From: Candidatus Gastranaerophilales bacterium
Lineage (GTDB): Bacteria > Cyanobacteriota > Vampirovibrionia > Gastranaerophilales > Gastranaerophilaceae
Reading direction: 5' to 3'
NCBI GenBank assembly: GCA_944324315.1
Contig: CALUVW010000005.1
Span: 14,927-78,926 of the forward strand
DNA: 64,000 bases
Within the stretch, counting starts at the first letter, position 1; each line of letters starts with the position of its first letter. The translations under genes were made by a program, and so were the position numbers. Positions 37,683-46,930 of this stretch are shown piece after piece. Below the pieces are notes generated by a model that was not told the DNA's origin, made no database searches, and was given only the letters and a program-made list of their open reading frames with translations.

Positions 37683-39188
37683 ATGAAAAGGCGAGCATTT
37701 ATAAGTGTATATGATAAATTAGGTTTAACGGATTTTGCACAAAATCTGGTGGAAAAATTTGATTATGAAATAGTTGCAGGCGGTGATACTTATGACTTTT
37801 TGAATAATGCTGGTATAGAGGTTGTTGATGCTTCTGCTTTTTCAAGTACATTAGGTCTTATATCAAAAGAGCTGGAGCAGATGAGTGAAACTATTATAGC
37901 AGGTATTCTTGGTAATAGCACAGAGTCAAAATTGCTTAATGATATGGAAGATGCTCTTATCAAACCTTTTGATATGGTTGTTGTTAATCTTTGCCCGTTT
38001 GATAAAATAGCTTATGAAAATCTTGATATTGACGATGCTATTTCAAAGATTGATATTGCCGGAATTACTTTATTAAGAGCTGCGGCAAAGAACTATAAAC
38101 ATGTAACTGTAATTACTGATAAGGTTGATTATTACGTAGCTTTGAATGCAAATGAATTTGGCAGATTAAAACTTGCTATAAAAGCATACAATTTGACTTC
38201 AAATTATGACAGGATGATTTGTTCAAAACTGGCAGAACAAACAGGTGAAAAACCATTTAAAACATTTAGTTTTGAAAAATTAAAAGATTTACAATACGGA
38301 GAAAATCCTCATCAGAAAGGTGCTGTCTATAGAACAGCAAATATGGTAGATTATGAGGTTGTAAATGAAAAAGAACTATCGTTTAATAATTTACTTAATA
38401 TAACTGAAGCTGTAAATATTGTAAGTGAATTTTATGATGTTAACTGTGTCTCTATAATAAGACATACAAAACCATGCGGAGTTGCTTTAGGGCGTTCTTT
38501 GTATGATGCATATACAAAAGCTTTTGACTGTGATCCTATAAGTTCTTTTTACGGAGTTGTAGGTTTTTCAAAACCTGTAGACATTGAAGTCGCAAAACAT
38601 CTAAATTCAATGTCTGTTGAAGTTGTTGTTGCTCCTGATTATGAGCCGGAGGTTATAGATCTTTTTAAGGATAATGATGATATTAAACTTGTTAAACTAA
38701 ACACATCATTAAGAGAATACAGAAGGTTGACTGTGGAAGAAGTCATATTGACTCCTTTTGGCGCCCTTGTTCAAGATAGAAATAACAGTGAACTTGACAA
38801 AGATAAATTTAAAGTTGTCACGCGTGAAAAACCTACAGCAGAACAAATTGAAGATGCAGTATTTGCATGGAAGGTTGTAAAACATGCAAAAACTAATGCA
38901 GTTGTTATAGCCAGAGATTTTAAAACGGTTGCAATTGCTCAAGGACAGACAAATTCTATATCTGCCGTTGAACATGCTTTAAACTACGCCTGTGACGGAT
39001 CTAAAGAGGCTGTATTGGCATCAGATTCAATGCTTACGGCTGAAGATTGTATTTACTCTGCTGTTCAAAGCAGAATTGGATTAATTATACAACCCGGCGG
39101 CTCTATTAAGGATAAAAGTCTGATTGATGTCTGTGACAAATACGGCATAGCAATGATTACAACCGGAATAAGGAATTACAGACAATAG
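37683..39188 (+). CDS. purH: Bifunctional AICAR transformylase / IMP cyclohydrolase
   Basis: MGS-like N-terminus (AFISVYDK.GL..FA) and an AICARFT domain (LKDLQYGENPHQKGAVY). 501 aa. Confidence 0.9.
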   Translation: MKRRAFISVYDKLGLTDFAQNLVEKFDYEIVAGGDTYDFLNNAGIEVVDASAFSSTLGLISKELEQMSETIIAGILGNSTESKLLNDMEDALIKPFDMVVVNLCPFDKIAYENLDIDDAISKIDIAGITLLRAAAKNYKHVTVITDKVDYYVALNANEFGRLKLAIKAYNLTSNYDRMICSKLAEQTGEKPFKTFSFEKLKDLQYGENPHQKGAVYRTANMVDYEVVNEKELSFNNLLNITEAVNIVSEFYDVNCVSIIRHTKPCGVALGRSLYDAYTKAFDCDPISSFYGVVGFSKPVDIEVAKHLNSMSVEVVVAPDYEPEVIDLFKDNDDIKLVKLNTSLREYRRLTVEEVILTPFGALVQDRNNSELDKDKFKVVTREKPTAEQIEDAVFAWKVVKHAKTNAVVIARDFKTVAIAQGQTNSISAVEHALNYACDGSKEAVLASDSMLTAEDCIYSAVQSRIGLIIQPGGSIKDKSLIDVCDKYGIAMITTGIRNYRQ

Positions 39189-39189
39189 T

Positions 39190-40086
39190 TTATTTCATAT
39201 CCGATTTAATTTTCTCTTCAAGTCCGCTATAATGGTTCAAAACATTTGTAAGATCTTTATAAAATAATTTTTCACCGTGATCATTTATTTTGGTAAGGCA
39301 TGGTCCGTCTATAGTTTCATCTATTTCTGCTGGCTGCGGTATGTTATTCGGGATTACGTTGATTTTTGTTCCGTTCATTACAGCCATTAACCAGAACCAT
39401 ATATCATCATTTGTCGGTGCAAGAGTCATAAATAATTTTTCGTTAGTTACATCTTTATATAATGAATGCGGAGGGAAGAGCACTCCACCTACGCCGACTG
39501 ATTTATTAGCAAAAGAAGGTTGTTTATAATATTTTTTCCCTCCGGCTTTTGCCGTTAGTGTGCCTTGTTTGTAAAACATTTTTGTACATCTGTGACAATG
39601 GATATATTGCGGACTTTTGGTGTATGCTTTATATAAAAGTTCAACCATATTGCGGTCATAATATATATCGTCATCTGTTGTTATAATAATATCTTCAGGA
39701 AATTCTGTTAAAGCAGGAATAAGCTTTTTATAGGAGCGTATATCTTTGCACCATTTAATTGAAAGTCCGAATTGTTGTAGTTCTAAGAGATTTGCGGGTA
39801 AATCTTTTTCTTTATTTACAAACTGTTCTTCCGCAAGCCATAAAATGACCAAGTCAGGCTTTAATGTTTGATCAAGAAGGGATGAAATTGTTTTATAAAC
39901 ATAATTTATTCTTGCAGGAAAAGATGTTAAAGAGACAATAATTTTCGGATTTCTTTTTTCATTTGTTGTACCGTTTGAAGTAATATGAGCAACTTTATAA
40001 TCTCTGCCGGCGCGATATCTAAATTTCAACCCCATAACGGATATAATTCGCATTTTGCCGATTTTTTCTTTTTTAAAAAGCTGCAT
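39190..40086 (-). CDS. Glycosyltransferase (surface polysaccharide biosynthesis type)
   Basis: The IVSLTSFPARI...ITTDDDIYY pattern (DxD-like) is typical of small capsule/teichoic-type glycosyltransferases. Confidence 0.6.
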   Translation of the reverse strand: MQLFKKEKIGKMRIISVMGLKFRYRAGRDYKVAHITSNGTTNEKRNPKIIVSLTSFPARINYVYKTISSLLDQTLKPDLVILWLAEEQFVNKEKDLPANLLELQQFGLSIKWCKDIRSYKKLIPALTEFPEDIIITTDDDIYYDRNMVELLYKAYTKSPQYIHCHRCTKMFYKQGTLTAKAGGKKYYKQPSFANKSVGVGGVLFPPHSLYKDVTNEKLFMTLAPTNDDIWFWLMAVMNGTKINVIPNNIPQPAEIDETIDGPCLTKINDHGEKLFYKDLTNVLNHYSGLEEKIKSDMK

Positions 40087-40088
40087 TG

Positions 40089-41063
40089 TTATACTTCCTT
40101 TTTAGGTAATTTAAGCATTTCGCCGAGTTCAAGGTCATATTTTTCCGGAGAAAACTTGTCAACACCGCTCATTGATGTAAATGTCATTTCTCCGAAGTAA
40201 ATTTTTCCGTCAACATTATAAAAATCAACCCTTACAAATGCAAAATCATGACATAATTTTTCTGCAAGTTCAATCATTTTATCAAGGTGCAGAGGTTTGG
40301 GTATATCCTGTTTTGATATAGGGTACGTCATTGTAAAAGGCTGCAGATTCCAGTTTAAATCATAGATATTTTTTGTATGTTCATTGGAATATCTCCCGCA
40401 GTCAACCCATACAAATTTTGGTTTGCCGTTGAAGCAAAGAATTTTGTAATCGTTTAATTCGCCGTGGGAATCTTCCATATATTTTTCAGCAATAATTTTG
40501 GGTTTAATATCATTATACTGCATCTCAAGACCGGCTTTGAACGCGTAGTTACGTTTCATCCATTTGTCAAATATTTTCTTTGACTTTTTAATATTGAATT
40601 TTGATTTATCTTTAACAATAATATTCCAATGAGAACCGTGATTTGCTTTTAAAACAAACTGTTCAGGTAATTTGTTAAAGTCTATTTCATCAAATTTATC
40701 CCACACGCCAAGAAGCGGGATAAGGTATTCATCTCCAATCTTATTTTTTACCCAATCTCTGACAAGATATTTATCTGCGAGTTTTGCTTTTACAGGCGTA
40801 TTGTCATAAATTTTTAACCATTGAATTTTTTCGTTAAAAGTTTTAGGGTTATCAAGATTTAGATTTTTGCCTGTACGTTTTTTATACCATTTTTTCAAAA
40901 TTTCCGAAAAATCTTTTTCGCATTTGTTGCGTTCGAATGACAGAACATAGCCTCCGAACTTTATTCTTAGGCCTTCACCATACTTTATTTTTTCAATAAA
41001 ATCAAACATAATCATATACTCAATTATGTAATTATAGATTGCCAAATATCCGCTGTCAAGCAA
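40089..41063 (-). CDS. TupA-like ATP-grasp family protein
   Basis: FNEKIQWLKIYD...LADKYLVRDWV...FVLKANHGS...DFYNVDGKIYFGEMTF matches the TupA-like ATP-grasp signature. An internal ATG near 41015 may be the true start. Confidence 0.65.
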   Translation of the reverse strand: MLDSGYLAIYNYIIEYMIMFDFIEKIKYGEGLRIKFGGYVLSFERNKCEKDFSEILKKWYKKRTGKNLNLDNPKTFNEKIQWLKIYDNTPVKAKLADKYLVRDWVKNKIGDEYLIPLLGVWDKFDEIDFNKLPEQFVLKANHGSHWNIIVKDKSKFNIKKSKKIFDKWMKRNYAFKAGLEMQYNDIKPKIIAEKYMEDSHGELNDYKILCFNGKPKFVWVDCGRYSNEHTKNIYDLNWNLQPFTMTYPISKQDIPKPLHLDKMIELAEKLCHDFAFVRVDFYNVDGKIYFGEMTFTSMSGVDKFSPEKYDLELGEMLKLPKKEV

Positions 41064-41155
41064 ACATAAACATTTTTAAAAATTAATATTGCAAGTGAAA
41101 CTTGTTGAATGTATCATGTAATTGCGAATTAAGATTTTTAAGAAAGAGGCGGGAT

Positions 41156-41602
41156 ATGGAAATGAAATCATGGGAAGACTACTTTTTAGACCTTGCAAAA
41201 ACATGTGCCAGCAGATCAAATTGCATAAGAGCGCAGGTAGGTGCCGTAATTGTCGGTGATGATAAAAAAATTAAGGCAACAGGTTATAACGGAACGCCTT
41301 CTAAGGTAGAATCATGCTATGAGAGAGGCGAATGCTACAGGATAAAGCATAATATACCCTCAGGAACCAAATATGAAACCTGCAGATCAATTCATGCCGA
41401 ACAAAATGCAATTATTCAGGCAGGGCAAGACAGATGTAAAGGTTCTACAATGTATATATGGGGACATAATTTTATTTGTATCTTGTGTAAAAGATTTATC
41501 GTGCAGTCAGGTATAACAAATGTAGTATTACGAAAGGATGAAAATTCACCTGTCTTGCATGTAACAGTTGAAGATATCAGACGAGAACTTGAAGAAGTAT
41601 AG
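41156..41602 (+). CDS. comEB: dCMP deaminase (ComEB-type cytidine/deoxycytidylate deaminase)
   Basis: HAEQNAI zinc motif and a C..C pair. The ATG at 41156 after GAGGCGGG is preferred over the TTG at 41102. Confidence 0.8.
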   Translation: MEMKSWEDYFLDLAKTCASRSNCIRAQVGAVIVGDDKKIKATGYNGTPSKVESCYERGECYRIKHNIPSGTKYETCRSIHAEQNAIIQAGQDRCKGSTMYIWGHNFICILCKRFIVQSGITNVVLRKDENSPVLHVTVEDIRRELEEV

Positions 41603-41617
41603 AATGTATGTTATACT
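41589..41617 (+). promoter_or_regulatory. Sigma70-like promoter for leader cassette copy 3 (TTGAAG-17-TGtTATACT)
   Basis: TTGAAG at 41589-41594, a 17-nt spacer, and an extended -10 TG-n-TATACT at 41609-41617. Confidence 0.5.
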
Positions 41618-41655
41618 AAAAAAGGTAATATTTAAGTTTAATAAGGAGCAGATGT

Positions 41656-41712
41656 ATGAAAGATATGTTAAAAAATATTAAGTACCTCGGGGGGGGGGCG
41701 ATTCAGAGCTAA
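41656..41712 (+). CDS. Upstream mini-ORF (MKDMLKNIKYLGGGAIQS*) through a G10 tract; leader cassette copy 3
   Basis: AAGGAG lies 7 nt upstream. It has the same LGGGAIQS-stop end as copies 1 and 2. Confidence 0.4.
   Translation: MKDMLKNIKYLGGGAIQS
41689..41698 (+). repeat. G10 homopolymer (copy 3)
   Basis: Counted directly. Confidence 0.9.
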
Positions 41713-41762
41713 TAAGAGGGCATGAAGCCTGGAGGTCAAGAAGTCAAGCAAGTTTACAAAAA

Positions 41763-41789
41763 GTCATCCCGAACTTGTTTCGGGATCTC
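41763..41789 (+). repeat. Dispersed hairpin repeat copy with compensatory changes (GTCATCCCGAACTTGTTTCGGGATCTC)
   Basis: The stem is CCCGAA/TTCGGG, versus CCTGAA/TTCAGG in copy 1. Confidence 0.7.
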
Positions 41790-41876
41790 ATAATTAGATG
41801 AAAAGATGCTAAGAGGCATAGATGCAAAGTCTGTAACGAAAACCCCTTCCTTCCCTTATTAGGGAAGGATAAGAGG

Positions 41877-42704
41877 ATGGGTATTAATCAATACCCACCC
41901 CTGCCCTCCCTAATAAGGGAGGGTGTTAAGCCCGTAGATACCTCGAATAACATTCGTCGAGCAGCTTTTACTTTGGCAGAAGTTCTCATCACCCTTGGAA
42001 TAATTGGTGTTGTTGCCGCTATGACAATGCCTGTACTTATAAATAATTATCAAAAACACGCTTTGAAAAATCAATTCAAAGTAGCATATTCATTGTTAAA
42101 TCAGGCATTACTATCGGCCATAGAGAAAAACGGCGGTGCATTTAACTGCTGGTATTGGAAAACTATTCCGTATCCTGGTGCAGTATGCAAAAAGTGGGAT
42201 GGCAGTGCCTGTGCTGAGTACTCTATGCCTGACGGTTCTCCATTACCTGCAGATTATAACGGAAAATTTGACGAATGTGCAAATATGTATAATGCATTAC
42301 ATTCTGAATTGAAAGTCGTTTCTGAATGTAAAAATAATTCGACCAATCATTGTGTTCCTGAATATAAAGGAAAAGATGTTGTAAATGCTGATCCTGACAA
42401 AACTATGACGGAAATATTAGGTGCGTGTCCGAATTTAGCAACAAGTAATTTGAATAGGTTTTCTTACAAAATTTTATCTAATGGTATAATAACCGGGTAC
42501 GAGCGGTCAGGCTGGGTCTTTATTGTAGACGTAAACGGAAGTAGAGGCCCGAATAAATGGGGTTATGATGTTTTTCTTTTTGCCCCACAACTTCATGGTT
42601 CCAATAGTTCAGGAATGATTATTTTTGGCGGTATGAAAGGGAATGGTTGTAATTTAAAAGAACCGGGAGGCTATTATACACATGAAATGCTAGAAAATTA
42701 TTAA
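41877..42704 (+). CDS. Prepilin-type N-terminal domain protein with a long leader
   Basis: MGINQYPPLPSLIREGVKPVDTSNNIRRAA|FTLAEVLITLGIIGVVAAMTMP. The first 160 nt or so are near-identical to 2391-2560. C-terminal motif VDVNGSRGPNKWGYDVFLF. Confidence 0.8.
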   Translation: MGINQYPPLPSLIREGVKPVDTSNNIRRAAFTLAEVLITLGIIGVVAAMTMPVLINNYQKHALKNQFKVAYSLLNQALLSAIEKNGGAFNCWYWKTIPYPGAVCKKWDGSACAEYSMPDGSPLPADYNGKFDECANMYNALHSELKVVSECKNNSTNHCVPEYKGKDVVNADPDKTMTEILGACPNLATSNLNRFSYKILSNGIITGYERSGWVFIVDVNGSRGPNKWGYDVFLFAPQLHGSNSSGMIIFGGMKGNGCNLKEPGGYYTHEMLENY

Positions 42705-42874
42705 AAAAATATTTTGCTTTTAAAACAAAAATCATTAAAATCATGCAAAGACAGGTAGTAAGTTTGATTTAAGTTTAGTTATTTTTCTACTGAATTTGGA
42801 TGATTTTTACCTGTTTTGTATATAAAATCAATAAATATTAATGTATTATAAGTATAGAAAGGCAGGTAGATTTA

Positions 42875-43213
42875 ATGAGCAGTTTTTATCCGCAATATGA
42901 TCTGGCAGGCAGAATCCAACATACAAAGTTGGATACCGGAGTAGGTAATATGCCCTCTGCAAGAATTTCACGGGTAGAAGATCAGGCATCTCCGGATTTT
43001 AAACAGGTAATGTCCGGTTTGGTAGAAAATCTTAATACAGAACTTAACGCGCCTGATAACCTGCTGAAAGACGTTATGTCAGGAAACAGTAATGTAGATA
43101 TACATGATGTTATGACTGCTATGGCAAAATCTGAAATCAGTATTAACGTTGCAACACAACTTACCGGAAAAGTCATACAGGCGTATGACAAAGTTATGCA
43201 AATTCAGGTGTAA
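42875..43213 (+). CDS. fliE: Flagellar hook-basal body complex protein FliE
   Basis: 112 aa. The C-terminus VATQLTGKVIQAYDKVMQIQV matches the conserved FliE end. Confidence 0.75.
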   Translation: MSSFYPQYDLAGRIQHTKLDTGVGNMPSARISRVEDQASPDFKQVMSGLVENLNTELNAPDNLLKDVMSGNSNVDIHDVMTAMAKSEISINVATQLTGKVIQAYDKVMQIQV

Positions 43214-43302
43214 AATAAATATAAGGATTAGGAAAAAGACTTGGGCTAAAACATAATGTCAAAATTTAAAAATTTGACAAATGCTTGCAAAGAGGGTAAC
43301 AA

Positions 43303-44973
43303 ATGGACTTTTCAAAGATACTGGAAAATAAACCTTTATTATATGGTATAATCGGCGGAGTTATATTAATTTTGGCTCTTGGAATTACCGTGAGTATTAT
43401 AACTGCAAGCAAAAAGCCCGCAAATGGCGTGGAAATTACCGGTGAACCTTTGAGAGAAGATGTGGATCTGCTGACAACCGACAATGCCGGAAAAGCTATT
43501 GAAATTCAAGCTCTTCTTGCAAAATATGATATTGCCGTCAGCAGAAGGCTTGACGGTACAAAATCTATTCTTTATTTGAAAAAAGGAGATTGTAAAACAG
43601 GTAGAAAAGCCTGTTATACAACGGATAGAGATTTAGCTCTCATTCAAATTGTTCAAAGCGGTCTTATGGACCAAAATGTAGGACTTGAAATTTTTGATAA
43701 AGGTGATTTTACATCAACAAAAGAAGATAAAAAAATAAGACTTTCAAGAGCTATTAACGGAGAATTATCAAGATTAATAAGAAGAATTGACGGGGTTGAC
43801 AATGCTTCTGTATTTATTTCTATTCCTGAACAGACTATGTTTACCTCAATGCAAAAGCCTGTTACTGCAACGGTGCAGATTACTCTGTCTAAAGGGGCAA
43901 CAAAATTGGATCAGCTAAAAGTGAAGGCAATAACAAATCTTTTACTGGGCAGCGTAACAGGTTTAACTGCTGAGAATATAGCTATTACTGATACTAACGG
44001 TAATACTTATCACAGTATTATGAATGCTGAAGATGAAATGCTACAGCGCTTGGAAGAAAATGATAAGTATATGACATCAAAGGTAAATCAACAGTTAGAC
44101 AGACTAATAGGTCAGGGTAATTATGTAGCAACTGTCAGTACGTTTTTACGTCAGGCTCCTGTTGAAAAATTTACAATAGATTATGATCCAAACAGAAAAG
44201 CATCTGTTACGGAACAAACTTTTTCCGAAGGGTTAGGGGATCAAACAAATGATTCAAATAAAAATGTTAACGCAGTGAGTGTATATCTCCCTAATGGTCT
44301 GCCAAACGGTTCATCTGATTCGAGCCAGAACAGAAATTATTCGCGTACTGCAAGAGAAACTCAATACGGTGTTACTAAAACCCAGACAAATGAATATATT
44401 AAACCAGGTGTTGTAGAAGATATTTCTATTGCAGTAACATTAGATAAAAATGCTCTTCCTGCAAATACTACGCTGGAAGAATTAAAAGAATTAATTGCAA
44501 AAGCTGCAAGTCCGAAAGTTGACCCTGAAAATGTTTCAATTGCATTTTCCGATTCAACAGATCCTTATCTGGCATCTGACAGACCGGCAAACCTCCCTAA
44601 ACCTGATGAAACAGGTAATCCATGGTGGCTTGCAATTGCTCTCAGTGCGATAGGATTGATTATAGTATTTAAAGCTGTTTCAAATAAAGTTCAACAGGTT
44701 CAGGAAGCAAACAGACGTGAGGTCGAAATGCTCAGACAAAAAACAGCTCAACAAGAACAGCAGTTGAGTGATATAAGCAACAGAGCCGCACAATTGACAG
44801 AAAGACAATCTGAACTTGCTCAAGGTCTTGTTGAACAGCAGCAAAGAGGCTATATACAACAGCAAAATCCTGCACAACTTGCTGATACTTTGTCTAATCT
44901 GTCAGCAGAACTTTCTAACGCAGATGATGAAGAAGCCGGTGAAAAAATTAAAAGCTGGATAGAACAAGGGTAG
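43303..44973 (+). CDS. fliF: Flagellar M-ring protein FliF
   Basis: N-terminal TM segment, YscJ/FliF-family periplasmic domains, a second TM near the C-terminus and a Gln-rich cytoplasmic tail. 556 aa. Confidence 0.8.
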   Translation: MDFSKILENKPLLYGIIGGVILILALGITVSIITASKKPANGVEITGEPLREDVDLLTTDNAGKAIEIQALLAKYDIAVSRRLDGTKSILYLKKGDCKTGRKACYTTDRDLALIQIVQSGLMDQNVGLEIFDKGDFTSTKEDKKIRLSRAINGELSRLIRRIDGVDNASVFISIPEQTMFTSMQKPVTATVQITLSKGATKLDQLKVKAITNLLLGSVTGLTAENIAITDTNGNTYHSIMNAEDEMLQRLEENDKYMTSKVNQQLDRLIGQGNYVATVSTFLRQAPVEKFTIDYDPNRKASVTEQTFSEGLGDQTNDSNKNVNAVSVYLPNGLPNGSSDSSQNRNYSRTARETQYGVTKTQTNEYIKPGVVEDISIAVTLDKNALPANTTLEELKELIAKAASPKVDPENVSIAFSDSTDPYLASDRPANLPKPDETGNPWWLAIALSAIGLIIVFKAVSNKVQQVQEANRREVEMLRQKTAQQEQQLSDISNRAAQLTERQSELAQGLVEQQQRGYIQQQNPAQLADTLSNLSAELSNADDEEAGEKIKSWIEQG

Positions 44974-45065
44974 TTTTTAGAAGATAAGAAGATACAAAGT
45001 TAAGAGGTCAGGCTAAATAAAAAAAGAAAGGAAAGTTTATTAAGCAAAAGAGGTGCGAGGGATAA

Positions 45066-45092
45066 GAGATTCTGAAACGAGTTCAGAATGAC
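45066..45092 (-). repeat. Dispersed hairpin repeat copy, reverse orientation
   Basis: The reverse complement reads GTCATTCTGAACTCGTTTCAGAATCTC. It lies in the 230-nt fliF / fliG-like spacer. Confidence 0.7.
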
Positions 45093-45203
45093 CAGGCTAC
45101 CCGAGTGCATTGACTGAATAAAGCGGTAATATTAAAATAGAAAAAGTTAATGCAAAATAAGTAAAAAGCGTCTCAACAGCAGTTGTAAGCTATGGTATAA
45201 AGA

Positions 45204-46220
45204 ATGGCAATACAAGGATTTGATTATAAAGGTTTTGCACAGAATTTAGCACAGCAGGCTCTAGAGTTAATCCCTAAGGATTTTAACGATAACCAGAAAA
45301 ATTATGTTGCCAATACTTTGCTGAATTTTTCAACAGTTGCAGGTCAGGCTCTATATGATGATGAATCTTTGGGATTTAACCTTGATCAGGCTGTAATGAT
45401 TACGCAAATAATTGCCGAGTGGTCTTTTCATAAATCCGTAGACTTAATCCGTTCAGGAATCCCGCAGCAATACTGGGATTCTATTATGCAGAAAATTGCA
45501 TATACAATTTTTGAGATTGCAAAGAATGCATTTCATCAAGGACTCCCACAGGATCAATGTTTACAACTCATTGAACATCATGTAAAAAAGACATATCTTG
45601 ATTGTATTGCTGAATTAAAGGATAAAAACCTTATAGATGAAGCTTTGATGGAACAGGCCGCAAGCCAGTCAAATATTGATGCAATGATGCAGCAGCAGGC
45701 ACAGGCAGAACAGCAGGCATCTCAAAGTGCAGCTAATATAAATTCAGCATCTGCTGCACAAGTTCAGGACTTGCCTTCATCAACAGCCCCTGCATCTGCT
45801 TTAGGTCCTGATGCCAAAGTCCTTAAACTTGCAACTCTTGCGCTTTTGTTTCAAAAAATGAAGCAGGAAAAAGTTCAGACAATTTTGAATAAATTTAATC
45901 CTGATGATGCTCAATCGGTTATAAAATTTATGGGTATGCATGATTTGGGCGAAAAGGTTGACCCTGGTATTGCCTTGAGATGTTTACAGGAAATTAAAAC
46001 AAATCTGCCTTCTCAAAATACCAATCTTACTCCTGCCAAAATCGTTAATAAAATACAAAATGTTTCGCAATATTTAGACAGATCACAGCTTGAACAAAAA
46101 TTAAGATTAGAGCGTATTAATGTAAAAAGGCTTGTATTCAATGCATTAGACGGAGAGTATTATGAAATGCCTCCGAAAGTTGCAAATATTATTGCCACAC
46201 ACCTTGAGGATAGTGTATAA
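45204..46220 (+). CDS. FliG-position protein with only an N-domain-like FliG segment (divergent rotor protein candidate)
   Basis: It occupies the fliG slot between fliF and fliH. The segment LKLATLALLFQKMKQEKVQTILNKFNPDDAQSVIKFMG resembles the FliG N-domain. I could not recognise the middle or C-terminal torque-helix motifs. Confidence 0.35.
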   Translation: MAIQGFDYKGFAQNLAQQALELIPKDFNDNQKNYVANTLLNFSTVAGQALYDDESLGFNLDQAVMITQIIAEWSFHKSVDLIRSGIPQQYWDSIMQKIAYTIFEIAKNAFHQGLPQDQCLQLIEHHVKKTYLDCIAELKDKNLIDEALMEQAASQSNIDAMMQQQAQAEQQASQSAANINSASAAQVQDLPSSTAPASALGPDAKVLKLATLALLFQKMKQEKVQTILNKFNPDDAQSVIKFMGMHDLGEKVDPGIALRCLQEIKTNLPSQNTNLTPAKIVNKIQNVSQYLDRSQLEQKLRLERINVKRLVFNALDGEYYEMPPKVANIIATHLEDSV

Positions 46221-46231
46221 TAAAATTAATC

Positions 46232-46930
46232 ATGATTATAAAAAAGAAATTGAACAGGCATATAGAAAAACCTGTTGAAAAACCTGCTGAAAAAGAAATA
46301 GAAGTGAAGGTTGAAGAAGAAGGTTCTGTAGACTTATTCAATCTAGATCATATAGATTTTCAACAACGCCAGGAAAGACGCCGCGGAGACAGGCGCAGAG
46401 GCTTTAGGCGAATTGATGATAGAAACCTTATTTCGCGTGCGCGTGAGGAAGCTCAAAGCATAAAAGAAGCTGCAGCAAAGGAAGGTTATCAGGAGGGGCT
46501 TGAACGCTCAAAATCGGATATAGATGAAGTTAAAAATGCAATAACAGGTTTTTTGTCAGCAAAACAAGAAGTGTTTGAATATATTGCCCCTGATATTCTG
46601 GAAATCAGTGTTGATATTGCAAAAAAAATTATTAAAAAAGAATTGCAGCAAGATCCTACAATAATTCTTGATAATATAAAGGAAGTATTGAAGGGTGTGT
46701 CTAAAGAAGAATCCAAAGTCACTTTGCGTGTAAATCCTTCTCAGGTATCGCTTTTAAAAGCTGAAATTCCTGAGGTTATGAGCAGTATAGGTTTAGAGGC
46801 TAAAGTTATGATTGTTCCGGATGAAACAATTATGGAGGGTGGTTGTGTTGTAACAACTGCAAACGGTGTAATAGATGCGACGATTGAAACCCAGTTGTCG
46901 GTAATAAGTGAGGCTTTAAAAGAAATTTAA
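46232..46930 (+). CDS. fliH: Flagellar assembly protein FliH
   Basis: Charged coiled-coil N-terminus and the C-terminal motif GGCVVTTANGVIDATIETQL, typical of FliH/YscL. Confidence 0.7.
   Translation: MIIKKKLNRHIEKPVEKPAEKEIEVKVEEEGSVDLFNLDHIDFQQRQERRRGDRRRGFRRIDDRNLISRAREEAQSIKEAAAKEGYQEGLERSKSDIDEVKNAITGFLSAKQEVFEYIAPDILEISVDIAKKIIKKELQQDPTIILDNIKEVLKGVSKEESKVTLRVNPSQVSLLKAEIPEVMSSIGLEAKVMIVPDETIMEGGCVVTTANGVIDATIETQLSVISEALKEI

Noticed and set aside
41799-41801. Genome-wide UGA reassignment
   Set aside because: All long housekeeping ORFs in the window are intact under the standard code, so TGA is not a frequent sense codon here. The single TGA in cassette 3 is treated as a local event.
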